64,000 nt of DNA from assembly GCA_964521425.1 (NCBI GenBank), contig CAZFRO010000004.1, forward strand, positions 209 through 64,208. Reading direction: 5' to 3'. The notes under the pieces were generated by a model. It was not told the origin of the DNA, made no database searches, and saw only the letters and a program-made list of their open reading frames with translations. The DNA comes from an uncultured bacterium. Lineage in GTDB: Bacteria; Joyebacterota; Joyebacteria; Joyebacterales; Joyebacteraceae. Positions 47,945 to 57,102 of this stretch are shown in pieces. Position 1 is the stretch's first letter; each line of letters starts with the position of its first letter. Both the position numbers and the translations under genes were made by a program.

Positions 47945-49150
47945 ATGCCAGGTCCCTTCCAGGCGACAAGGGTCAGTGAGCATGTCTATTGGGTGGGCGG
48001 GATCGATTGGTCGTCGCGGGATTTTCATGGCTACTCGACGCCGCGCGGAACGACCTACAACGCCTATCTGATACTTGCTGACACCGTAACGCTGATCGAC
48101 ACGGTCAAGGCGCAGTACCGCGACGAACTCATGTACCGCATTGCTTCCGTCATAGATCCGACCGAGATCTCGCTCATCGTGTCCAACCACGCGGAGCAGG
48201 ATCACTCCGGTAGCCTCGTGCCTGTCGCTCGAATCGTGAAGCCGGATCGCATTGTCGCATCTCCGATGGGTGTCAAGGCCCTGGCGAGGCACACTCACGG
48301 TGCACTCGAGGTCGACACCGTGAGTGACGGGGAGACCATCTCTCTCGGGAACATGGATCTCAGCTTCGTCGAGACGCGGATGCTCCACTGGCCCGACAGC
48401 ATGTTCTCCTATCTCGGGGCGGACGAGATCCTGTTCACGCAGGATGCATTTGGAATGCACCTGGCTTCGTCCGAGCGCTTCGACGACGAGTTGGACCCCG
48501 TCATCCTTGAGAGTGAGGCGGCGAAGTACTTCGCGAACATCCTCCTTCCTTACTCGAAGCTGATAGGCAAACTGCTCGAGCGCGTCGGGCAGCTCAATCT
48601 GCCGCTCAAGATGGTCGCACCCGATCACGGACCCATCTGGCGCACGAGATTCGACTGGATAGCGGGCCTCTACGACAAGTGGTGGAGGCAGGAGCCTACG
48701 CTCAAGGCCGTCGTGACGTACGACACGATGTGGCAGAGTACGGACCTTCTGGCCCGTTCGATTGCCGGGGGTTTGACGGCGGGTGGGGCCTCGCCGAAGC
48801 TCCATCAGCTTCGTGCGAGCCACAGGAGCGATGTCGCCGCGGATATGCTTCAATCCGGAGCGCTCGTCGTTGGAAGCCCCACGATCAACAACCAGATGTT
48901 CCCGACGGTCGCGGATCTCCTGAGCTACGTCAATGGCCTCAAGCCCGCGAACCTCATAGGGGCTGCATTCGGCTCGTACGGCTGGAGCGGCGAGGGGGTG
49001 AAGATGGTGAACGACACCCTGAGAGAGATGAAGGTGGAACTCATCTCGGAGCCACTTCGGGTCCAGTTCGTTCCCGATGAGGAGGAACTGGCCCGTGCGT
49101 GGGCGCTGGGGGAGGCCATAGCCGCGGAATTGAAGACCCGGGTGGCTTGA
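47945..49150 (+). CDS. fprA: flavodiiron protein (O2/NO reductase)
   Basis: GTTYNAYL, NHAEQDHSG, MLHWPDSM, APDHG, flavodoxin domain with FGSYGWSG. Confidence 0.95.
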   Translation: MPGPFQATRVSEHVYWVGGIDWSSRDFHGYSTPRGTTYNAYLILADTVTLIDTVKAQYRDELMYRIASVIDPTEISLIVSNHAEQDHSGSLVPVARIVKPDRIVASPMGVKALARHTHGALEVDTVSDGETISLGNMDLSFVETRMLHWPDSMFSYLGADEILFTQDAFGMHLASSERFDDELDPVILESEAAKYFANILLPYSKLIGKLLERVGQLNLPLKMVAPDHGPIWRTRFDWIAGLYDKWWRQEPTLKAVVTYDTMWQSTDLLARSIAGGLTAGGASPKLHQLRASHRSDVAADMLQSGALVVGSPTINNQMFPTVADLLSYVNGLKPANLIGAAFGSYGWSGEGVKMVNDTLREMKVELISEPLRVQFVPDEEELARAWALGEAIAAELKTRVA

Positions 49151-49306
49151 GTTCGGGGCGCTGTGACAACGGTGGGAGCCAAACTTCTGCTGGAGAAACT
49201 GCGCAAATAGTGTTATCATTGATGTAGGTTGACTAGGAGCTGGTGCTCTCTAATGGTGAGGGTACCAGCTGCCTGTATGTAGACGCGTCCTTCGCAGGAG
49301 GCAGTA

Positions 49307-52300
49307 ATGAGAGTCGCCCCGTGGGTGTTGGCAGTCCTGGTCCTCATGGCCTCGGTATCCCCAGCCCGAACGATCGTGTTCGAGGAGAACGTGGGGCAGG
49401 CCGGCCTGGCAGTGGAGCAGTCATCCGATTCGTTCATCGAGATCTCCTACAAGCTGAGTGAGATCAGCATCGAGGACATCGATGTTGACGGAGAGATCCT
49501 CCAGCAGATCTTGATGTCAGGTCTTGCGCTGCCCAACGATGAGGGAGCGCCGAACCTCCCCGGAGTGGGACGGCTGATGGCATTGCCCGAGGGAGCCATA
49601 CCCCATCTCGAGATCCTCTCCGCGAAAGCGCAGGTCTTCACGGGAATCGATGTTCTCCCGGCGCCTGACATTCCCCTCGAGAACGATGACACTCCGCCTG
49701 TCTACATCAAGGACCAATCGGTCTACTCGCAGAACGCGCCGTACCCGGCGGAGTTCGTGCGCATCTCCGAAGTACATCAGATGCGCGGCGTCGACGTCAC
49801 GACTCTCGGCATCACGCCGTTTCAGTACAACCCCATCACGCGCGAACTGACCGTCTATACGGACGTCGAGGTGCGCGTGACGTTCGATGGGGGTACCGGT
49901 CACTTTGGCGAGGACGCGTACAGGAGCCGCTACTGGGATCCGATTCTCGAGGCGAACCTCGTCAACTACGAGCTGCTGCCCGAGATTGAGTACGGCGTGC
50001 TGAGCTCCCGTGACACGGAGTACGAGTACGTCATCATCTGCCCGGACAACCCGACCTACACCGTCTGGGCCGACTCCATCAAGCAGTGGCGCGTTGAGCA
50101 GGGTATCGACACGGGAGTTGTGACCCTCACTGAGACCGGCGCCACGACGACCGACATCGAGAACTGGATCAACTACGCCTACGACAACTGGACGACGAAG
50201 CCCGTCGCCATTCTGCTTCTCGGTGATTACGTCACGAGCGGCGGCACCACTGGCATCACGTCGCCGATCTACAACGGCTACTGCGTGTCAGACAATATCT
50301 ACGGTGACCGTGATGGCGATCACCTGCCGGAGATCGTCATGGCGCGCATGACGGCGACGCCGGGCAACATCGAGACGCTCGTGATGAAGGCGATCAGCTA
50401 CGAGCGGGCGCCCCCGACGAACCCCGACTTCTACCAGAACCCGATCATGGCATGCGGCTGGCAGACAGAGCGCTGGTTCCAGCTCTGCACCGAGATCGTC
50501 TACGGCTACTTCGCGAACGTGCACGGCAAGACGCCGGTCCGCGAGTACGCCATCTATTCGGGCTCGCCAGGCGGTGTATGGTCCTCGAATCAGAATACCG
50601 GTATGCTTGTCGACTACTTCGGTCCAGACGGACTGGGCTACATCCCTGAAACGTCTGCCCACCTCACCGACTGGGGTGGCAATGCGACACGGATCAATGC
50701 CGACATCAACTCCGGCGCGTTCCTCCTCCAGCATCGTGATCACGGCGGCGAGACCGGCTGGGGCGAGCCCGACTATCAGGCGAGCGACCTCGCCGGGCTT
50801 TCGAACAACGACCTGCCGTTCGTGTTCTCGATCAACTGCCTGACAGGCAAGTACAACTGGAGCGGGGAGTGCTTCAGTGAGACGTTCCATCGCATGGATC
50901 ACGGTGCGCTTGGCGTCGTCGCTGCATCCGAGGTCTCCTACTCCTTTGTGAATGACACGTTCGTCTTCGGTATCTACGACGAGATGTTCCCGGACTTCGA
51001 TCCGGGATACCCGGCCAAGGGTCGGTTCAACGAGTCGAACGGCGTCATGCGACCGGCGTTTGCCAACGCGTCTGGCAAGCACTACCTCTGGGCTTCGAGC
51101 TGGCCGTACAATCCGGGAGACAAGACGGTTACCTACAACCTCTTCCACTCCCACAGCGATGCCTTCACGCAGCTCTATTCAGAGGTGCCCGAGGTTCTGA
51201 CGATCACGCACCAGGGCGTCCTGCCGATAGGTGCTGCGGCTTTCAATATCACAGCCGACGTGGGCTCGATAGTGGCTCTCACGATTGACGGCGAGATCAT
51301 TGGTGTGGCCGATGGCACGGGCGCGCCGATGGACATGGTTGTTATCCCGGCTATTGCCCCGGGCATCGTGAGGCTCACGGTCACGAAGCCGAACTACTAC
51401 CGTTACTCCGAGGACGTGCCCGTCATCTACCCCGTGACTTACACGATCGTCCCGGCCACGATCCCCGTCAACACGACGACCGATGTCACGATCACGGTGT
51501 GGGATGACGAGAGCAATCTCGAGCCGGACGTTGTCATCACGATCGACGGATGGGGCATCGACGCCATCGTCGATACGACCGATGTCAATGGCGAGGCCGT
51601 GCTCACGGTCACAGCGCCGTACGGTGAGGATCTCACGGTCCTCGGCAGTCGGATCAGCGAGACGTACGACTGTCTGTCTGACGTGCTCCCGGTTACTGGT
51701 GGAACTGCCTTCGCATCGGTGGATATCGAAGCGAGCGTGCCATCGATCGGGCTATATGGGTTCCTCGCTCCGTACTACGAGGGCACTATCTCTGGTACGG
51801 CGTCCGAGACGGGCTTCGACCTCTACGCTCAAGGCTGCGGCATCGACGCCAACGCCAACTCGGGCGGCGCGACGACGGTCGATATCCTCGACACGTGCAC
51901 GAGTACCGGAACGGTCCACGCGGCCATCGGCAAGAGCGGATTCAACATCTACCTCGAGGATATCCTGGTCGACGTTGTCTACGGCACGCTGGCAGGAAGT
52001 GTGGACGAGAACGGTGGAGGCCCGCTGGATGGCGCCAAGGTCAAGGGATACGCCTCCGGCGCCGACACCTCGATGGTCGACCCCATCTTTGCGGCGCTCT
52101 CCGGTGTTGACGGTGCGTACGCCGTCGAAGGCGACCTGGAGATTGGTTACTATGACGTCTACGTCCTGAAGTTTGGCTACCTCACGCATACAGAGGAGCT
52201 ATTCGTACAGTACGACTTGAACGACGTCGACTTCCTGCTCGATCCGGCGCCGTCCGGACTGGTGCGGGGTAGTGTATTTCAGGTGGGCACGCTCAATCCT

Positions 52301-54175
52301 CTCAGCGCCTCAATCGGGGCCTACCGCGCCGACAACGGCGAGCTCTACACGGAGGTCTTCTCCGATTCGCTGGCGGGCGGGCGCTATGAGATAACACTCC
52401 CGTATTTCAACTACACGCTCAAGGTGCGCGCCTACCATCACATTCCCGAGAATCGTGGTGTGGTAGTGGACGCGCCCGATCAAGGGGAGACGTTCTTCCT
52501 TGAGCCGACGCTTGCGAACATACTCCTGATCTCGGATGGCGGCTCGAAGTCGGAGACGGTCAAGTTCGACAAGACGGGAAACGTACTCGATGTCTACACA
52601 GGTGAGCAGGACTCCGCGTCGGACGATATCGAGGTGGACCTTGTCGCGCTCGGCTACGACGTCGTAGTTGAGACGGCCACGGCTACGAATCCTGCCACGT
52701 GGGTTGACTACGACTTCGTCATCTCATCGAGCGGCAACAACACGAGCCCGGTGTCAAGCTCAACCTACCGCTCAAACCTAGAGAGCTACGTTGCTGGTGG
52801 CGGGAAGCTTCTCATCGAAGGTGGCGAGATCGCCTACGATGCTGTCAGCTATCCGGGCTATCCGACGTTCGCGGCCAACGTTCTTCACGTGACTTCGTGG
52901 GGCCACGACTCAAGCGGCAATGTCACCGTCTACGATGCGGCGCATCCGATCACAACGTTCCCGAATACGATCGGTACGATCAACGTCGCCTACTCAGGCT
53001 ACGGGGATCATGACTCTCAGACCCCCATGCCGGACGCCGACATCGTCTGCAGCTGGTCGAGTTACCCCACGCTCTCGAGTGTCCAGGTCTACGACGACAC
53101 GCCTGATCCAGCGAGCGGCCAGATAGTCTTCTACGCGTTCAACTATGGCGCTGCCGACGTAGCAGGGCGGAAGGACCTTCTCGAGAACACCGTGACCTAT
53201 CTCGTCACACCCGAGAGCCAGGCGAACGGCAGCACATCAGGCACGGTCATGCTGGCAGGTGAGACGAACCACAGCGGCGTTACGGTCACGTTGACGCCGG
53301 GCGAGCTCTCGACCGTCACGGCGGAGGACGGGAGCTGGCTTGTCGAGGATCTCTACGATGGGATCTACACAGTCACGGCTCGAAAGGAAACCTGGGGCAC
53401 GGCGGTCGTGCACGATGTCGTCGTTGCGGCAGGCGCGCATGTGAGCGGCATCGACTTCGTGTTGTTCCCGGTCACGGTCTACGAGTACTGCGAGAATCCA
53501 GCGCTTCCGATCCCGGATTCGGACCCGATCGGTGTCTACGACCAGCTGCAGTTCCTGGACGAGGCCACGGTCACGGATGTCGAGGTGTATCTGAACCTGA
53601 CGCACACCTACATCGGCGACCTCGTCGTTGAGATCACGTCGCCCGAGGGCACGACCGTGCGCCTGCACAGCTCGTCCGGTGGCAGCGCCAACGACATCAT
53701 CGGATGGTATCCATCGGAACTCTCAGTCGGTGGTCCGGGCTCGCTCGACGATTTCATGGGCGAGAACGCGCTCGGCGAGTGGGAGATCTGGGTGAGCGAC
53801 AACGCGGGCGGCGACACCGGGACGCTCAACACATGGTGTGTGAGGGTGACGACCAGCTCGACGTGGACGGGCGTCGACGATGAGTTCGATGCGCCGAGAT
53901 CATATGTGCTCGGTGGTGTTGCTCCGAACCCGTTCAATCCGGTGACGACAGTGACCTACGGCGCGCCGCAGCCGGGTGACGTAGTGCTCGCCATCTACAA
54001 CATCGCGGGCCAGCGAGTCAGAACGCTCGTTGACGGTCCGGTTGAGGCGGGCTTCCACACAGCGATCTGGAACGGCCGGGACAACGACGGTCGCTCGGTC
54101 GCATCCGGCGTCTACTTCTGCAGGATGCAGGCTGAGAGCTTCGACGACGCTGTGAAGATGGTATTGCTCAAGTAG
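49307..54175 (+). CDS. gingipain-like C25 cysteine protease (propeptide, catalytic, Ig, accessory, P-domain, FlgD-Ig/T9SS-like tail)
   Basis: GAPNLP, TPFQYNP, LLLGD, SDNIYG, DHGGETGW (His), SINCLTG (Cys), HTYIGDL P-domain, tail APNPFNP...KMVLLK. Confidence 0.88.
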   Translation: MRVAPWVLAVLVLMASVSPARTIVFEENVGQAGLAVEQSSDSFIEISYKLSEISIEDIDVDGEILQQILMSGLALPNDEGAPNLPGVGRLMALPEGAIPHLEILSAKAQVFTGIDVLPAPDIPLENDDTPPVYIKDQSVYSQNAPYPAEFVRISEVHQMRGVDVTTLGITPFQYNPITRELTVYTDVEVRVTFDGGTGHFGEDAYRSRYWDPILEANLVNYELLPEIEYGVLSSRDTEYEYVIICPDNPTYTVWADSIKQWRVEQGIDTGVVTLTETGATTTDIENWINYAYDNWTTKPVAILLLGDYVTSGGTTGITSPIYNGYCVSDNIYGDRDGDHLPEIVMARMTATPGNIETLVMKAISYERAPPTNPDFYQNPIMACGWQTERWFQLCTEIVYGYFANVHGKTPVREYAIYSGSPGGVWSSNQNTGMLVDYFGPDGLGYIPETSAHLTDWGGNATRINADINSGAFLLQHRDHGGETGWGEPDYQASDLAGLSNNDLPFVFSINCLTGKYNWSGECFSETFHRMDHGALGVVAASEVSYSFVNDTFVFGIYDEMFPDFDPGYPAKGRFNESNGVMRPAFANASGKHYLWASSWPYNPGDKTVTYNLFHSHSDAFTQLYSEVPEVLTITHQGVLPIGAAAFNITADVGSIVALTIDGEIIGVADGTGAPMDMVVIPAIAPGIVRLTVTKPNYYRYSEDVPVIYPVTYTIVPATIPVNTTTDVTITVWDDESNLEPDVVITIDGWGIDAIVDTTDVNGEAVLTVTAPYGEDLTVLGSRISETYDCLSDVLPVTGGTAFASVDIEASVPSIGLYGFLAPYYEGTISGTASETGFDLYAQGCGIDANANSGGATTVDILDTCTSTGTVHAAIGKSGFNIYLEDILVDVVYGTLAGSVDENGGGPLDGAKVKGYASGADTSMVDPIFAALSGVDGAYAVEGDLEIGYYDVYVLKFGYLTHTEELFVQYDLNDVDFLLDPAPSGLVRGSVFQVGTLNPLSASIGAYRADNGELYTEVFSDSLAGGRYEITLPYFNYTLKVRAYHHIPENRGVVVDAPDQGETFFLEPTLANILLISDGGSKSETVKFDKTGNVLDVYTGEQDSASDDIEVDLVALGYDVVVETATATNPATWVDYDFVISSSGNNTSPVSSSTYRSNLESYVAGGGKLLIEGGEIAYDAVSYPGYPTFAANVLHVTSWGHDSSGNVTVYDAAHPITTFPNTIGTINVAYSGYGDHDSQTPMPDADIVCSWSSYPTLSSVQVYDDTPDPASGQIVFYAFNYGAADVAGRKDLLENTVTYLVTPESQANGSTSGTVMLAGETNHSGVTVTLTPGELSTVTAEDGSWLVEDLYDGIYTVTARKETWGTAVVHDVVVAAGAHVSGIDFVLFPVTVYEYCENPALPIPDSDPIGVYDQLQFLDEATVTDVEVYLNLTHTYIGDLVVEITSPEGTTVRLHSSSGGSANDIIGWYPSELSVGGPGSLDDFMGENALGEWEIWVSDNAGGDTGTLNTWCVRVTTSSTWTGVDDEFDAPRSYVLGGVAPNPFNPVTTVTYGAPQPGDVVLAIYNIAGQRVRTLVDGPVEAGFHTAIWNGRDNDGRSVASGVYFCRMQAESFDDAVKMVLLK

Positions 54176-54223
54176 GCGCTGTCCCGACGGAATCGTTGGC
54201 CAGGCGTCTGTATCGTGTGGAAC

Positions 54224-54256
54224 AAGGGCCCTCGCATGAATCGCGAGGGGGCCCTT
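54224..54256 (+). terminator. intrinsic terminator after the C25 gene
   Basis: AAGGGCCCTCGC...GCGAGGGGGCCCTT. Confidence 0.65.
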
Positions 54257-54281
54257 CTCATCTAACGCAGTAGCCACAAGT

Positions 54282-54335
54282 AAGGTAACAGGTAGTGATA
54301 GGGTAACAGGCACCGGTAGGGCAACGGCCACTGGC
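54282..54335. repeat. three degenerate 18-bp tandem units upstream of the S1 protease gene
   Basis: AAGGTAACAGGTAGTGAT, AGGGTAACAGGCACCGGT, AGGGCAACGGCCACTGGC. Confidence 0.4.
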
Positions 54336-54439
54336 GTTACAGTGCCAATCATGTTATGCTTGTCAAGAAGGGGCAGTTGAGCCTTTGGCTTGCTGCCCGC
54401 TCGTGATTCATCGGTGTCCCCCAATCCTGGAGGTTGTAG

Positions 54440-56950
54440 ATGTTCGCACGAGACCGCAGCAGCGCATGGCTCTCGCACGCCGCGCTCCTTACAGTCCTGG
54501 TCGCTCTCGCCACATCGGCGGTTCCGGTAGGCGCGGCTGACGCTGTGCCGACGGCGTACACTGCCGACGTGCTCCCTCTGGAGACGGTGGAACTTCTGCG
54601 AGCACCGATAGTAGATCGTGCGGAGCTGTCCATCGAGGATGAGCTTCGTGAGGACCAGGGACTCCCGCCGCGCTATGCGATCTCCAATGCGGTCTCCATC
54701 TCCCCGGCGACCGATGGTACCTGGGAGGATGTGGATTTCGCGACCAGGCTCTGGCGTCTCAGAATCACGTCTGACGGAGCCTCGTCGATCAACCTCGGTT
54801 TCGGTCGGTATCACATGCCCGCGACCGGAAGCCTTCTCATCTACGCCGCGGACGGCTCGCACATCGCCGGTCCGTATACTGACCTGGACAACGAGGATCA
54901 CGGCGAGCTTTGGACACCGGTTGTGCTCTCCGACGATGTAGTCATTGAACTCACCATCGCTACGAAGGCAGCAGACGATCTGGAGTTGGAGCTCGGCTCG
55001 GTCAACGTAGGTTACCGTGGCTTCGGCGAGCTCATCGACAGAAGCCCGGGATGGTGCAACATAGACGTCGTCTGTCCCGATGGTGACGGCTGGCGCGACG
55101 ATATCGCCTCGGTCGGCGTCATCTCAACCGGCGGCTCCACCTTCTGCACCGGTTTCATGGTGAACAACACAGCACAGGATGCGACTCCCTACTTCATGAC
55201 AGCGAATCACTGCGGCATCAACACCGGTAACGCAGCCTCGCTCGTCGTCTACTGGAACTATGAGAGTCCGAACTGCGGCGATCTTGGTGGGGGATCGTTC
55301 AGCGACAACCAGACCGGCTCCTACTTCAGGGCCGGGTACTCAACCTCCGACTTCACGCTGGTCGAGCTCGATTCCGATCCGGACCCGGGCCACGGCGTTA
55401 CGTTCGCCGGCTGGGACCGCACGACGGCGAATCCGACAAGTTCGACTGCCATCCATCAGCCTGATGCCGACGTGAAGTGCATCAGCTTCGAGTATGACGC
55501 TTGCCAGACAACGAGCTATCTCGGTACGAGCCAGCCCGGCGACGGCTCGCACGTGCGCGTCGTCGATTGGGACGTCGGCACGACAGAGCCTGGTTCGTCC
55601 GGCTCGCCGCTGTTTGACCAGAATCACCGCATCGTTGGTCAGCTCCACGGCGGTTATGCGGCGTGCGGCAACGACGACTCCGACTGGTACGGACGGATCT
55701 CGACATCGTGGACCGGCGGCGGCTCGAGCAGCTCGCGCCTGAGCGACTGGCTGGATCCTGCATCAACGGGTGCTACGACGGTCGATCTCTACTCGCCGTT
55801 CGCAGCCGGGATGCGTGTGACACCGTCGTCCGCTGCCGTATCGGAAGGCGCCTCCGGCGGCCCGTTCACTCCGAGCCAGTTCATCTACACGGTAGAGAAT
55901 CAGGATGACACGGGGATCGACTACAGCGTCTCGAAGAGCGCGACGTGGATCACCCTCACAAACGGCAGCGGCCATCTGAACGCTCACGCAACGGTGAATG
56001 TGACGGTCACGATCAACTCTGCTGCCAACTCTCTCGGGAACGGTGCCTACACCGATCGTCTGGATTTTGTGAACGAGACCGATCACGTCGGCGACACATC
56101 GAGGGATGTCACTCTCACGGTTGGTCTTCCCGAACTTGCCCATAGCTTCCCGCTGGACACCGATCCCGGTTGGACGACGAGCGGGCTCTGGGCGTTCGGT
56201 AGTCCGACCGGCGGCGGCGGCGAGTACGGCAATGCGGATCCGACGTCGGGGCACACGAGTTCCAACGTCTACGGCTACAATCTTGCCGGCGACTACGAGA
56301 ATGGCCTTGCCGAGCGTCACCTGACGACCACGGCGATCGACTGTTCCGATCTTGGCACAGTGACCGTCAAGTTCTGGCGCTGGCTCAATGTCGAGCGCAG
56401 CCAGTACGATCATGCCTACCTGCACGTGAGCAACGACGGCTCGTCGTGGGAGACTATCTGGAGCAACCCGGACAGCCACACTGAGGACTCCTCCTGGTCG
56501 CAGCTCGAGTACGACATCTCATCGGTCGCGGCTGAGCAGTCGACCGTCTATCTTCGCTGGACCATGGGTGCCACTGACGGCAGCTGGCAGTTCTCCGGCT
56601 GGAACATCGATGATGTTGAGATCTGGGGTCTGTCGATGGGTGGAACCGGTGTGATCGATCCGGGCGCCGAGACGAGGCTCGCATTGTCACCCGCCTACCC
56701 GAACCCGTTCGGTCCGGCGGCCAGCGTACAGTTCTCGCTCCCCGAGCGTTCGCACATGACGCTTAAGGTCTACGACGCAGCGGGCCGGTTCGTGCGCACG
56801 CTCGAGAGTGGACCCATGGATGCCGGTTCACACGTGGCGGTTTGGGATGGGCGTGATGCAAGTGGCGAGCGTGTTGCCGCAGGCGTCTACTTCGCCCGTA
56901 TGCAGACCGACGGTTTCGATGACGCCGTCAAGATGGTTTTGATCAAGTAG
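54440..56950 (+). CDS. secreted lysyl-endopeptidase-like (S1) serine protease with accessory domains and FlgD-Ig/T9SS-like tail
   Basis: CNIDVVC, CTGFMVNN, TANHC (His), DFTL (Asp), TEPGSSGSPL (Ser), QLHGG..SDWYGR, tail YPNPF...KMVLIK. Confidence 0.88.
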   Translation: MFARDRSSAWLSHAALLTVLVALATSAVPVGAADAVPTAYTADVLPLETVELLRAPIVDRAELSIEDELREDQGLPPRYAISNAVSISPATDGTWEDVDFATRLWRLRITSDGASSINLGFGRYHMPATGSLLIYAADGSHIAGPYTDLDNEDHGELWTPVVLSDDVVIELTIATKAADDLELELGSVNVGYRGFGELIDRSPGWCNIDVVCPDGDGWRDDIASVGVISTGGSTFCTGFMVNNTAQDATPYFMTANHCGINTGNAASLVVYWNYESPNCGDLGGGSFSDNQTGSYFRAGYSTSDFTLVELDSDPDPGHGVTFAGWDRTTANPTSSTAIHQPDADVKCISFEYDACQTTSYLGTSQPGDGSHVRVVDWDVGTTEPGSSGSPLFDQNHRIVGQLHGGYAACGNDDSDWYGRISTSWTGGGSSSSRLSDWLDPASTGATTVDLYSPFAAGMRVTPSSAAVSEGASGGPFTPSQFIYTVENQDDTGIDYSVSKSATWITLTNGSGHLNAHATVNVTVTINSAANSLGNGAYTDRLDFVNETDHVGDTSRDVTLTVGLPELAHSFPLDTDPGWTTSGLWAFGSPTGGGGEYGNADPTSGHTSSNVYGYNLAGDYENGLAERHLTTTAIDCSDLGTVTVKFWRWLNVERSQYDHAYLHVSNDGSSWETIWSNPDSHTEDSSWSQLEYDISSVAAEQSTVYLRWTMGATDGSWQFSGWNIDDVEIWGLSMGGTGVIDPGAETRLALSPAYPNPFGPAASVQFSLPERSHMTLKVYDAAGRFVRTLESGPMDAGSHVAVWDGRDASGERVAAGVYFARMQTDGFDDAVKMVLIK

Positions 56951-57016
56951 AGACGGGTCAGGTAGAGGCGGGCCGCGTGGGACTCACAGAGCGCGGCGCG
57001 CAAGATAATGCACAGT

Positions 57017-57054
57017 GAAAGGCCGCCCCTGCGTACAGCGGGGGCGGCTCTTTC
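57017..57054. terminator. bidirectional terminator
   Basis: GAAAGGCCGCCCC...GGGGCGGCTCTTTC between convergent genes. Confidence 0.6.
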
Positions 57055-57102
57055 TTGGGTACGCAGGACAGCACGCCTGCCGCTAGCGCAGCACGCCTGC
57101 TA

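Noticed and set aside
57069-57100. 12-bp direct repeat CAGCACGCCTGC with 20-bp period
   Set aside because: Only two copies beside a terminator, with no associated element; likely local slippage.
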